From: Octopus vulgaris | Taxonomy: Eukaryota | Direction of reading: 5' to 3' | DNA length: 64,000 bases | NCBI GenBank assembly: GCA_951406725.2 | Contig: OX597839.1 | Location: 30,318,001 to 30,382,000, forward strand | In this document: piece after piece, positions 37,601 through 51,190 of the stretch | Position numbering within the stretch: position 1 is the first letter of the stretch | Layout of the letters: each line of letters begins with the position of its first letter | Program-made: the position numbers and the translations under genes | The notes under the pieces: model-generated | Seen by the model: only the letters and a program-made list of their open reading frames with translations | Told to the model about the DNA's origin: nothing | Databases searched by the model: none

Positions 37601-40600
37601 GCCACACACCTTTTCATATCTATTTGACCTTTCTATATTCGTTAGGAAATAAAACTCTTGAACCTGGGGTCTTGCAAAGCACGTTCTCCAAGAGTGAGGT
37701 ATTACTGTATAACCAATGAGGAGCCTCATTGCAACTGATCAATTTGCTAGAAATAGCAGTGAAAGAGCTCTCAGATCACTGCATTCTTTCTTAAATGAAG
37801 GTCACATTGACAAATGTTGTCTCAAGATAGAATGATTAAAGTTGGAACACTTGTGATCATTTGTCAGCTGAAGCAGGCCTGGCCAAGGGTTAAACAACAT
37901 TTGTTGAAATAGATAAAAAAAAAAAGAAGGAATTGAGGAGAGAACTGGATGAGAGGAAATAGGGGCAGAAAAGATCAAGTGTGAAGAAGGGTCAGGTGAG
38001 AAAGAGACCGAAATGGGGTTTGCTGGGTTTAGAAAAAGTTGTTGAGTCTAAAGCAATGGCTCTTGACTCATGGACCCCCTTCGATGCCCATTTTACTCTA
38101 CTGGACCCTCATAGCCATTAAATGTTTTAATAAAATCCTATTAAATTTTTATAATTAAATATTAAGAATTTAATTAAGAATATTTTGTGTTGTGGAAGTG
38201 GAAGCAATTTATTGCCGATAAATTTTAATGACAAAATCTTAAATGGACTCTCAAGGATCATTTGGTCCCCAGGTAAATACCTCTGGTTTAGAGGATGAGA
38301 AAGTAAGTACTATAGTAGTAGGAAGTAAAAGAGTAAAGAAAATCACAGCTGGCCACGTACCAGGGGTCACTAAAGAAGAATACTTTGAATTAGGTTTAGC
38401 TGGGACTTAAAAAAAAAAAACCTTCATTGGATAAAACATAAACAGAGGGAGATTAAAAGTTAATAAGAAACATGTTAATTAAGTGAAAATTAATAATTTA
38501 GTAATTAGAGTAATTACCCTCGTTTTTTGGTAAGAAGTAGAAGATCGTTAAATAGAAATAAATAAATAGGATTCTTTGTTGGTTTGCTTCTCTTGAATAT
38601 TGTCTTACTTGACGGCTCACTGACAATCTCAATGGCTTCTCCTTTCTTTACCAACATCCGTGACGCGGAGATTAGGGGGAACTCCTGAAATTGGGGAGGA
38701 AAACACAACAAATCTGAATGAATAAAGTTACAGGTGTGTGAGTGTGTGTGTGTGTGTGAGTGTGTGTGTGATTTGGCTGCTATAAAAATCATGAGCAATG
38801 TTGATGTTGCTGTTGTCACTTCTGTCAACAAGTGAAGGCATATGGTTAGGACATTTGGCTCACAAATCATAAGATTGTGAGTTCAATTCCTGGTGGTGCA
38901 CTTCAGCAAGCCACTTTATTTCTTGTTGCTTCAGGCCACTAAGTTGGCAAAAATGAGCTGTACGTGTATTTCAAAGGGGCCAGCCTTCTCACACTCGGTG
39001 GGTCACTTGAATCTCTCTGAGAATTATGTTAAAGGTACACAGGTCTGTGGAGTGCTCAGCCACTTGCACACGGCTCTCCTTTAATCGGATTGACTGGAAC
39101 CCGTGTCATCACAACTGACGGAGAGCCAACCTGTCAACAAATAGTTTGCTCACTTCACACATCCAAACACTTATGAAATAAAAGATATTTTATTTGAAAA
39201 ACAAGGGTTAGTGAGAGGAAAGGCATCCAGCTGTAGAATAATGCCACAGTGATATATTCATCTAACTCATGCTAACATGGGAAAAGGAATATAAAAACAA
39301 ATGGAAATTATGTAAGTATGGATAGGTGTATATTTATTGAAAATATACAATGGAAAAATGTGTGTATATTAAAGATGTACAATGAAAGCAAGTGCTGCAG
39401 CATGGTCTTACTCACACTGTCTAAAACTAAAGAGCTTACTGTCACACACACACAGACCCCTAGCAACACCCTTACCTTGACCTTAAACTGCATCTGTTTC
39501 TGTAAGGCAATCAGTTCCTCCATACATTCCATCTGTCGTGCTCCCTCATTGCATTGTTTCACAATCTGGGGTTATGTGAAGAAGAGTCAGGCAGGTTCAG
39601 AAAAAGGGAGAGAAAGAAAAGGGGACTGTGTCAGAGGATCAAAATATACAAAACAATAAGAACAATGAGATTAACAAAATGAGCTTAGAAATAGCAGCCA
39701 AATCTCTCCCTCAAATGATACATTACCATGTTGGGGAAAAAAACACTAAGTACACTATACCTGAAATGAGAGGGGATAGTCATGGTTGGAATGCTTTTGG
39801 TCATATAAAGGATCAAGGCTACAATAGAATTGCCAGGAGTCACCAAAGGGGCAGTGACATTGACTGGTTAGAAATAGCAACCAAATCACACATTGCCATT
39901 TTGAGAAGGGACAAGTTTCTTTTATATTATGTGCTCATATATTAAATACATCTAAAAAGACAGGGTGGTCACAGATGGAATGTTTTTGTTAATTAGTCCT
40001 GCATGATTCAATCAGGGTTGCTCTGGTATTAACAGTACCAGAATTTCTTGGGACTGGTTTTAACCCTTTAGCATTGAAACCAGCTACATCCAGGACCCAG
40101 ATATTCTTCCTGTTTTATGTTCAAAATGGTCAGATCTGGTCTCTCATGCCTACCCTACAATGTCACAACATCAAAATCTTGAAGCTATGAGATAATCTAG
40201 GATTAACGGAAAACAATGTGAATAAATAAGGATTACATTTGACCGAGTAATCTGAATGCCAAAAAGGGTTAAAGTCAATAAGGATTGAAAATAATCCCCA
40301 AACTCTTTGGTAAAATCGACCAAATCCGTAACAATGCATAAAAGACAAACCCTACTCCTTAAGAATTTCTATTATTGAAGGCCCATTCTATCCTTTTGAA
40401 AGTCTTTTTGTTCTTGACAGAGTAAGTCTTTGACTATTTCATCCCATGTGTCCTTCCTTTCTTTTTAGGATAGTAAGCTGTATTTTTAGAAAGCATTAGT
40501 CTATTGATTTTTTTCCCTCTATGTATTACTGGAATGTATTTTATAAGCCTTGGACAGATCAAAGACAGAAATGGCCCCAACAACCCATTATATCAGTTCA

Positions 40601-42475
40601 TTTCAGCTTTGTTCCACTTCACCTTTCTTATTTTAAGAGTTATTTCTTACAAAGCCTCACATTTATTGTGTAAAGAAAAAGAATAGGAATCTGTGATATC
40701 TGTTACTTTTCTCAAGACCCATAAAGACATACATGATGTGTAATGTTTCCAACTGGGGATTGAAACCAGACTGTTGGCTGTGTTTTATGTAACAAGAAGC
40801 TCATCAACTGCATTTCCTGAAACTGTTTGTTTTTGTAGGACTGTGAGGAAGGAGCAACATAAACTATACATTCTGGGCAAAGATGAGTTGTGGCAATCAT
40901 GCCTCTCCACAATATACCCTGCAACTTGCAGAGATTCAATATCAGGTGTTGGGGTGAATTTTGGTTTACCTGGGGATTGAACTCACTCACCTTGTTGATG
41001 GCCAGCAGTGCGATTTCAGCTGATCTATATCGATCGGTGTTTGGGTCTAATCGATGTCGGATTGAATCAATGAGCAACGGGATGCGTGTAATTCTCTGCA
41101 TCGGAAGAAGCAGGAAAGTTTTCATTGGGAGCCGTTGACAGGCATCTTTGCGTTCAATCGACTTCAGAGCTGCCTCAAATTCAGGACGTTTTCTACAACA
41201 AAATAAACAAACAATCATCATCGTCATTTAACATCCATGTTTGATGCTGGATCTGACTGGACTGAAGAAGGCTTTGTTGCTCTCCAATTGTCTCTTTTGG
41301 CAAGGTTTTTACGACTGAATGTCCTTCCTACCATCAACCATTTTCCAAAATGTTCTCGATGCATTTTTCATACCAAAGCACAAATGAGGTGAATGAGTTA
41401 CACCCAAGACAAGACCTCTTCTCAGGGTGGAGATGCAGGATCAAGCGGGGTGGCTTTATGCAAAATGCAGACAGGCTAAAGTAGGATTGATGGACAAAAA
41501 TAAGGGTCTAGCTGCAGGGAACAATAAAATAAAAGGTTTAACAACTTCAGTTCTAAACGGGAAATGACATCAGACCAAAGAATCAGTTCATATCAGACAT
41601 TTACAGAGAGAAACAGAAGAGAGAGAGAGTTTGTGTGAATAGTGAAGATTCTCCCTTGTTGCATACTCACAGCAGTTTGTTGTACATCCTCTCCTGGTAT
41701 GTCATGTTGGTACAGTAACGAATGTAGACATTGAAGGTGTCTTTCTGTACGTGCTCTGTTATTATGTCACAAATGTCGTGAATTTGTGACGACTTCTTCC
41801 AGCGCTCTTCCAGATCAGCAAGGAATCTACAAACAGTCAGAAAATAATATAAATGTATATATAGAGACAAAAAATAATATAAATGTATATATTATTTTAT
41901 ATACCTATTATTAACTGGCACTTTGTTGGTTATGATGAGTGTTTCTGTGGATCCAATGGAACAGCCTGCTCGGGAAATTAATGAACAAGTGGCTGAGCGC
42001 TCCATAGACATGCGTACCCTCAACATAAGTTCTCTGGGAGATTCAGTGTGATGCAGAATGTGAAAAGGCTGGCCCCTTTTGAATTACAAGTACAGCTGGT
42101 TTTCGCCAGCTGAGTGGACTGGAGCAATGTAAGATAAAGGGTCTTGCCCAAGGACACAATGTGCCCCCAGGAATTGAACTGGTAATGTTATGATTGGGAG
42201 CTGAATACCTTAACCAATAAGCAAGGCACCTTCACATACATTTTATTATATCAAATATATATACCGCTCATATCATATAAATGATATATAGACAGAAAAT
42301 AATGTGTGTATATAAAATGTATAACACACACACACATATAAATAATGTACTGTTCCATGATAGAAAATTCAACAAAAAAAAGGACTCCATCTGGAGAGGG
42401 ATAAATATTATTTATTTAAAGGGTACAATACATGTATTGTGCCCTTTAAATAAATTATATATATATATATATATA

Positions 42476-42525
<50 letters not shown>

Positions 42526-45500
42526 GGTGGTGCCAATACAATTAAAGACAAGAGTTCACTGTTAGTTATGTACTTTCTAATTATTTAATTAATATTCAAA
42601 TTATGTACAGAAAGAAAATTTCCTCCTGTCTTATGTAAACTCAAACAATGCCTTTTTCGTCCTTATTGCATGGTGTGTGTGTGTGTGTGTGTGTTTATAT
42701 GCAGGTATTTGTCTGTTGATGTTTAGGCTGGATAGTAACATCATCATCATCTCTAGTATGCCTGTGTGTGTGTGTGTGTGGTGGGGGAATGGATACAACT
42801 TGGCCACGGTCTTCCCCCCCAATACTAACAAGTTGATCATGAAAGAGAAGATCTAGTTGACGACAAGTGTCCCAGGGTTAAACAACAAGCTGTCCACATA
42901 AAAAATGAGGACGGATGGGCGGGGGGGAGATATTGAAAGGAAAAAACGATTCTACTTACTTTTCACTGGTTTCTCTGACGGCTCCAATATTGGAGAACAT
43001 TTCATGGCGCTCCTGTCGACTGAGAATACTTTTACCAGATTTGTCGGAAAATTCTGGACTCAGAAGGAATGTTGTCATTAAGATATTCAAACTCTTTAGA
43101 TATGACGCTTCTGATGTAATTACTTCAAAAATAGCCTGTTAATGAGGTTGTCGTTATGTTGTTGAGGAGGTGGTGGTGGTGAACATGAAAGAGAAGTTGA
43201 GTGTTATACATACATAACATCCATCCATATAAGTTGTGTAATAAATGCACACACACATACATACTGAGAAATACAGACACAGGGGCATGCCATGTCCCTT
43301 GACTAAATATAAGGCCATTATTTTAACCCTCCGTTGGTGCAGCTTACCCCAAATAATGCTTCATTACAAATACCTTACATCTAGCAGCGGATTACATCCT
43401 CCCATGTGATTTCCTGCCAATGTCCACTGAGTTGATACATCAGGTTGTTTGGTCTGCTGTTAGCAAATGGAGGCAGTAGACATGCACCAATTGCATTTCG
43501 GGGTGTAGCAAACCCCTTCACACCTTTCTTACAGGTAATTTTTCTAAAGCATATATTTCCTTTATTATCTTAAACGTGTGTGTCCTAAGGTTCAGTTGTG
43601 GCAGACACAACATAATATACTTTGGTGTTCTTCTTCTTATAATACATTATTATGATGACTTTGGAGGTATTACTTCCAAAGTTCTCGACAATGATGCACA
43701 ATGCTCTCCAGATTGAAGGGTCAGAGGACAAAGAATGGCTGTGAGAAGTGTTTGAAACCCAGCTGCTTGGACCATTCATTCATGGTTTGTGTTCACTGCT
43801 ATGGTGATGGTAACAAGGATGAGGATGCAAGCAGTGACAAGGAATGGATAGTGACCCCAAAATGCTTGACCAAATCAAATGTCTGCTCTTTTTGTTTGCC
43901 TGTCCTCGTAGTCTTTCATTTCTTTTTCAATTGTCCAATACAAAGAATTTCCTTTCTATAAGATCAAAATATCTTTTAAGAAATAAATCGTAGAGAAAGT
44001 CTTGATAAATAGTTGAAAAACTAATAAGAAATAAAATATCTGGGGTAAATCAGACTCCACTGCAACCAAAAGAGGGTTAAGAGAACATCATCGTTATTAT
44101 TTGATGTCCCTTCTTCCATGCTGGAATGGTTTGGATGGTTTAACGAGGACTGATAATCCAAAGAGCACTGCCAGGTTCTATGTCAGACGTAGAACTTGGC
44201 AGAGTCCTCTGCAGTGCCTGTTCTTGTCAATCTGTCCAACTCATGCCAGCATGGAAGAAGGGCCATTAATTCAATCTGTGTAAAGGTAATGGGATGGATT
44301 CTATCCAACTTTAGGGGTGCATAAAATAAAGTTAATTTTGCCGACATCAGTTGTAACACAGTACTTTGTTTCATCAAAAAGAGTTTGACAAATAGCTGCT
44401 CCCCAAGTTTTTCAGACAAAATTAAGGACCAACAGATTCTTTCCATCAAACAGAAACTAATTTTGTGCAGGGTTTTCTAATTATCCCTATTTTCTAATTC
44501 TATCTCATCCAGAACGTACTTGTTTTTAGATATTTACAAGGATTAAGACCTTCTGTAAATAATGAAATTATATCAGACCATGCTGCAGCATCACTCACGT
44601 TTTCTCTTCACTCACAACATAATCGCTCGTTCATATTGTAATCCCAACAAGGATTTGTTCCAGAAAATGTGTTTAAACTATAAATGTTGTACCTCAATTA
44701 AATATCTTATTTTTAAGGAAAATCAGGAGACCTCTCTCTATATATATATATATGTAGATATATATCAACACACAAGTTGATATATATGGAAAAAAAAAGT
44801 CAAGGTAGAAAATGCTAAAATAATTTTATAAAAAACATTTCAGTTACAGTTTCAGTCATTGAGACTTCTTCAACTGTTAGTATGGAAAAGAATTAAATCT
44901 TGAAAGAATTAAAAGAAAAGTTTTTTTAAAAGAATATTTGCATAGTATTCAAATACAATGGAACATTTTCCTTGTTTCTGCCTGTCTCTGTCTCTCTTGT
45001 TTACTCTTGTGGGTTCGAGGTCATTGTGAATTCTTCTTGGACCCACAAGAGTAAACAAGAAAGACAGAGACAGGCAGAAACAAGGAAAATGTTCCCTTGT
45101 ATTTGAATACTATGCAAATATTCTTTCAAAAAAACTTTTCTTTTAATTTTTTCAAGATTTAATTGTTTTCTATATTTACAGTTGAAGAAGTCTCAATGAC
45201 TGAAACCGGTATTGAAATGTTTTTCATAAAATTATTTTAGCATTTTCTACCTTGACTTTTTTCCTATGTGTATGAGAGTAGAAGGGAGATAATTCCTCAC
45301 TAATTACCTCCTAAGGGCGGAGAGTGAAGAAGGACGGCTGTGTGGCCATTGTCATCTGTCCAAACTGACTTTAATATAACTGTGGTTATTTTATTTATGA
45401 CTTGAAAGTTTTGTTATTTCTTACAGGAAGACTTCAAAGTTATGGATTCCATCTCAGCTGAAAACTGAAAAGCCATGATTCTTGGAGGAAAGAGATGCAA

Positions 45501-48393
45501 ATCCGGAAGTTGCCAATGAGATTAGGGCTCAAACAAAGGGACATGGTTTTATTAAAGTCAGGGAGGCTCAACTCCAAATGGACAATGCCATCTTAAATGA
45601 CAATGATGGATTCTAACAGCTCCACAAATCAATGTGTTACACTTTCTTGGAAAGACTCCAACCAAGTGAAATCTTTTACAGATTTTGAAGGGGAAAGGAA
45701 GAAATCATTGTGAAAATATCTCTTTTAGTTTCTTTTGTCACCAGATTTACAAATAATTAAATTGGTAAAGATGCTTACAAGGCACCGAAACTGCAAATAT
45801 CAGATTAAAAAATGGTCAGTTAGTGAAAGTTAGGAAAAATCAGGTCTGCAGAGACTCTCAGTGATTCATCAGAAACGAAAAATTCCCTAACAGCGTTGGA
45901 TATTGTGCATGATGAAAGTGAGGGGAAAAAATGGAGGGGATTAGGGCAGGGGATGAAATCGATGTATTTGCTCAACTTCTAAGTCATTTAAGTAGTCACA
46001 ATGGAAACGGTGGGGGATGAATTAACAGAAAAGTAAACCCAAGTTTACAAGACGGGGGGAGGGGGGGAGGGGCGGGAGAGATACACAGTTTTTGAAACAA
46101 TAAAAAAACACAATAAAGCATCAAAAGACATTTTACCTCTTGGCATTTCCTTTCAGAGTCTGAAATTGTTTTTAAGAGACCAGAGTTCTTCACCTGTAAA
46201 AATTAGGGAAAAAATAAAAATAAAATGAGATTTACACTCTCTTTCACACACACACCACCAGTAACACTGAGTAAGAGACCCCCCCCCACCTCATTCTACT
46301 TTATTGGACAATTTCTTCCGTGCCACTGGCAGCATAAAATATACCACACACACTGTATATTGAATTTCCCAAGCTAGATTAGAGGCTACCTATCCAGGAA
46401 GACATCAAACTTGGAATATGCAGTGACAAAGGGAACAGGGGCATCGGTAGTTTTCTCGCAGTGAACAAACTTTCTTAAACGAGTGGCAGAAAATGCAATG
46501 GGTCCATGTTGCAAGGCATAAAATTGTTGAAGACTTCTGTTATTGGGAGAGAGAGAGATTGAAGAACAAACAAATGTAGTCTGACCACTACCCCAGTTCC
46601 TCTCCCCTACTCACTTTGTGCCTTGAGGGACAACCTGTACAATACATCAACACTATTTCTTTCTTTGCAAATCCTCCATCTGATCATTCTCAGCTTTTCT
46701 CATTCTCTCTTCTGAAAGTGAGAAGCCATGAACCCCCTTCTACAACCCACCCACCTCTGACCCTTTCATTCTTACTTCAACTCATCTCTTTGCATAAAAC
46801 TAAACCCAATTTTATTAGGGGTTCATTGTCTTGCAAGCTGCATGGTGACCTAACAATTGCTGGTGTCACATAAAAAGCATCCAGCCCACATCGTAACATG
46901 GTTGCTAATAGGAGGGGCATCCAGTCAAAGGGGCCATGCCAAAGCAGACAATGGAGCATGATGAAGCCCTTGGACCCGTCAGACTGTCCAGCCTATACCA
47001 ACATAGAACATGGCTGTTAAATAATGATGATAATAAATACACATATTTATTTATCTAATAATTAAGGATAAAATCTTTATGATTTTATTAAATAGTCAGC
47101 CATGATCTCGTTTTTCTTCATAAAAACAGCAGCAATCTGTCCCTTTCTTCAATCCAAAACCCTTCCAGTCTCACCTTCATTATTTCTGTTGGCTTCAGAT
47201 GAGGAAGAGTGCTGAAGATGTTTTTCTTGCGTTTCGGGCAGACGTTTGCTCCATTTATCAATAAAATTATTTTAATAATAATAAAACCAAGTTTCATTTA
47301 TGTTTTGGTAAATAATAAAGGGACCAAAAATAAACAATATGGTGATTAAAATAAGCAGCACGTAGATCACGCACTTAAGTAAAAAGTTGCTCACGTAGAA
47401 TGATACGCTAAAGCAGCACAAAGTAACCAAACAAAGGTAACCTAAAGTAATCGCCCTTTAAGTTGCAGATCCCCAGTCAAAGTGGTCCCACAACGTTTCT
47501 TTCCACTGTCCCCATGTTTTTGTCTTCCTCATCTTCAAGTGTTTCAAATGGAAACATCAAAGTCAATTCCACTTCTGAAATCTTTTATTTAGCATTAAAC
47601 TGATAATCATCAAACTCTTCTCAATTTGTCTTCATTGCTGCTATTTTTGTCATTTATTTTACATAACACACACACAAGTTTGAGGTTGATTTGTTTGCTA
47701 TTTCTAGCAGGTTGAGCAACTGACAGAGGTTCCTCTTGTTGGTTTGTGACTCAGTAGTTATATTAAGAAGTAAAACCTATGGAACGCTTTCTTTAATATT
47801 TATAATTTTAATATAAATGTAATCAGATGGCAATGTAAAAAATGGTGAAACTATGAAATTGAGGAGACTATATTTAGAATAAATAAACCGTTTGGTGTTT
47901 ACCTGTGGCATCTCATGCCATAATGTTCGCTGTGAGTTGGCTCGGAGGAATTCACTTCCCAAAGACTCAGAACCTTGAGATTCCGATGTACTTGTGTTGG
48001 AAACCTTACTTTCACTTTTTCCGGAATCCAGGGATCCAATTTCACAATAAATATGAGCTGAAACAAATATATTGCAGAACTGAAGGAAGAAATACAGAAT
48101 TTTTTTTCAAAAAGTTAAGATTATAAAAAAAAACATTTTAGAGAGTAGAATGGTACTGAAATTGCACAAATTGTGTGTAGGCTTTAAAAAATGTGCAAGA
48201 GCTTTCAGTTCTTAATGTTATTAAGCACGTTTTATGGCGAGTGTATAACACATGCTTGATAACATTGTGACTGCAAAGCATTTATTAAAGCCCACACACT
48301 TTGTGAAATTCCTTCCAAAAGGTTAGTACCATTCTATTCTCTAAAAAGCTTTTCTTTTTCTTAATCTTAACTATTTGAAAGAAATCTTTCTCT

Positions 48394-48430
<37 letters not shown>

Positions 48431-48572
48431 TTTCTGAAAAGTAAGGAAGGGAAGTTGTACAATGCAGACTACGAATGCTTCATAGCTAAGTGATGCTTGT
48501 TACGTAAGTTGTAACATGCACAAAACCAACTTAGGCAAACTTCATGTCCTATGACCTCTACACTGTTTACAT

Positions 48573-48603
<31 letters not shown>

Positions 48604-51156
48604 TAAATACATACATATATATATATATATAGCCACAATGAGGATATTCAAACCTCTTATAGGGAAAAGCCTGATGATTGTCCTAACTCAATAAACAGAT
48701 AGATATGTCGTATAGAGCAGTAGTGCATCTGACAGGCTTCTACATAAGTCTGGACCTTTGAAATTCCACTCAAAAAGCTTTGGTCGACCCAAAGTTATGA
48801 CAAGAGACAACTGCACAAAGTATTGTTCATTTTGATTGAATTTGGGGCCATGTGAACTCCATGGCCATGCTGGAATCAATATTTCACAAAACCAAACAAA
48901 CATAAATAAAATGAAATCAGGCAACATACAGTTCCGATTAACACCTTTCTTCTGTTTTTTGATGTCTGTTCCACAGAATTGGTACAAGGGTTCCAACCCA
49001 AAACACGATTTGTACCGTTCATTGTTTACACCGTAAAGATTGTCTTCATCCTGAAATAAATTAATCTGATGATAATTACTTCTAGAAGAACCCCCAACTT
49101 ATCTTTTTGCAGTTTGGTAAATTACTATTCAGCATAAATTATGATAATAATGATTTGTGTTCACTCTACAATGAAATACTCAACAGAGGAGGAGGAGGAA
49201 CCACCACCACCACCACTGCAATAAAAATATGAGGTAGTAACTAATGTTATGCTTGTTGTGTGCTGAACATTCCTCTCCTTCTCTGTCTCTCTCATATATA
49301 TATATATATATGGAAATAAAAAACACCTTTTGAGTGTTGGACCTCACAGAGCCAATGTGGTCAATGCTGCTGTAGTGTAACTAACACCCATGCCAGTAGT
49401 AAGTAAAAAGCACTTTTCGAGTGTCGGGCTTCATGGAGGCAATGACAAATGACCAAGACCTTCGTCAATTTGCTCTGCTTGAGAAGGAAGACCCATCCAG
49501 CTGAGCAGAATCGCAGTCATGGCAGATATTGGTGTCATGCAACTGGCACCTGTGCTGGTGGCACATAACAGCACCCATTACACTCTTGGCGTGGTTGGCA
49601 TTAGGAAGGGCATCCAGCTCTAGAAACCTTGCCAAATCAGACTGGAGTCTGGTGCAGGCCCTCAGTTTTCCATCCCTGGTCAAAACCTCCAACCCATGCC
49701 AGCATGGACAATGAATGCTAAATGATGATGATATAAACATGTTGATGCAAACAGAAAAAAATAGAACTCAAACTCTGAGTATCTGCATATTTTTATTAAC
49801 ATTTAGCAGAAGTAAGAGAGTTCTTCAAAGTCTGAGAGTTTCATGAGTTGGCACTTTGATAAATAACAATGCACGAAACTCTTAGAGCAAGAGTCACTCA
49901 GGGATTTCTGTTAAATATTAATATGAGAGAGAAAGAGAGGAACATTCACACATTTATAAAACCATTTGGCTCTTGGGTTTACTTCCTGGGCCTTTTGGTT
50001 GCTGGATTTACTTGCTAATCCTTTCCCCCATCAATCCAAAATCCCAACTCCCTTCTAAAAGTAATGCAAGTCAAGACAACTACAGGACTTTGGGATATTA
50101 GAGGAACCTATCCAGATATGCAGAAGAAGTTGAATTAACAGCTACGAGTGAAGTCAGACAACTGGAAATTAATTTTTTGATAATGTTTTTCTAAATATTG
50201 TATTCCAAATTTTATGATACAGAAAACAATCTTCATTTGCATAATTTCTTAGAATATTTTCAGACCTTATTTTTGGCTCCTTTACACACTATGAACCTAT
50301 CCTGAAATAACTTTTGACAAATTCAAAATAGTTTCTGATAAACTGCTAGAATTAGTGAAAGCAGAGATTCTTTATGAAAACAATAAATCTGTAAAATATA
50401 ATTAAAGGCATTGACTGAATACAAAAAAATTTCCCTAATGCGGTTACCATCTACGAGACACTGTAACACACTATCTCTGGACTTCTCCATAAATCCAAAG
50501 ACTGTGTGGCATTAGTTTACATTAATTTTGATAAAGTAGATTAGATGGCTTATTTGAATTGTTTCAGCTGAATGGTTTTCAATAACTAATCATTCAACCA
50601 TGGAGTAGAGAGTGAAACAATCAGACTATGGTGCCCAACTGGAGCAGTCAGAATAAGGTGCCCAATCGGAGCAATCAGACTATGGTGCCCAACTGGAGCA
50701 GTCAGACTACAGTATCTGGCAGTGGTATGACCAATAATTCATCCATGAAACTTTATAACCATTGGAAGAAAGTAACATCACAACACATTTCACATGAAAA
50801 ATAACTTTACAGAAATATTTAATATTAGCCATTTACTTACGTAATCTAGTTTGTTTAAGTCAGGAAAACTGTGGAGAGACAAACAAGAGTCACAATTAAT
50901 AAACACAACAAATAGAAACAAATGGGTTCTAATCTTGCTCTCATCTTACTGGGTCTTCTGTCTCCCTCCTTAAAATAGATTCAAATATTTACTGAAAGTC
51001 TAATAAGATGTAATATCTTAGACTTGAGTGTCTAAAGAGGTAGGGACTGTAAAAGTAGGTCCATATTTTGAGATGGAAGACAGTTGAGTAGCCTCCATGC
51101 ACACACACACACATGCATGCTATCTCTCTCTTTCTCACACACACACACGCATGCTA

Positions 51157-51190
<34 letters not shown>

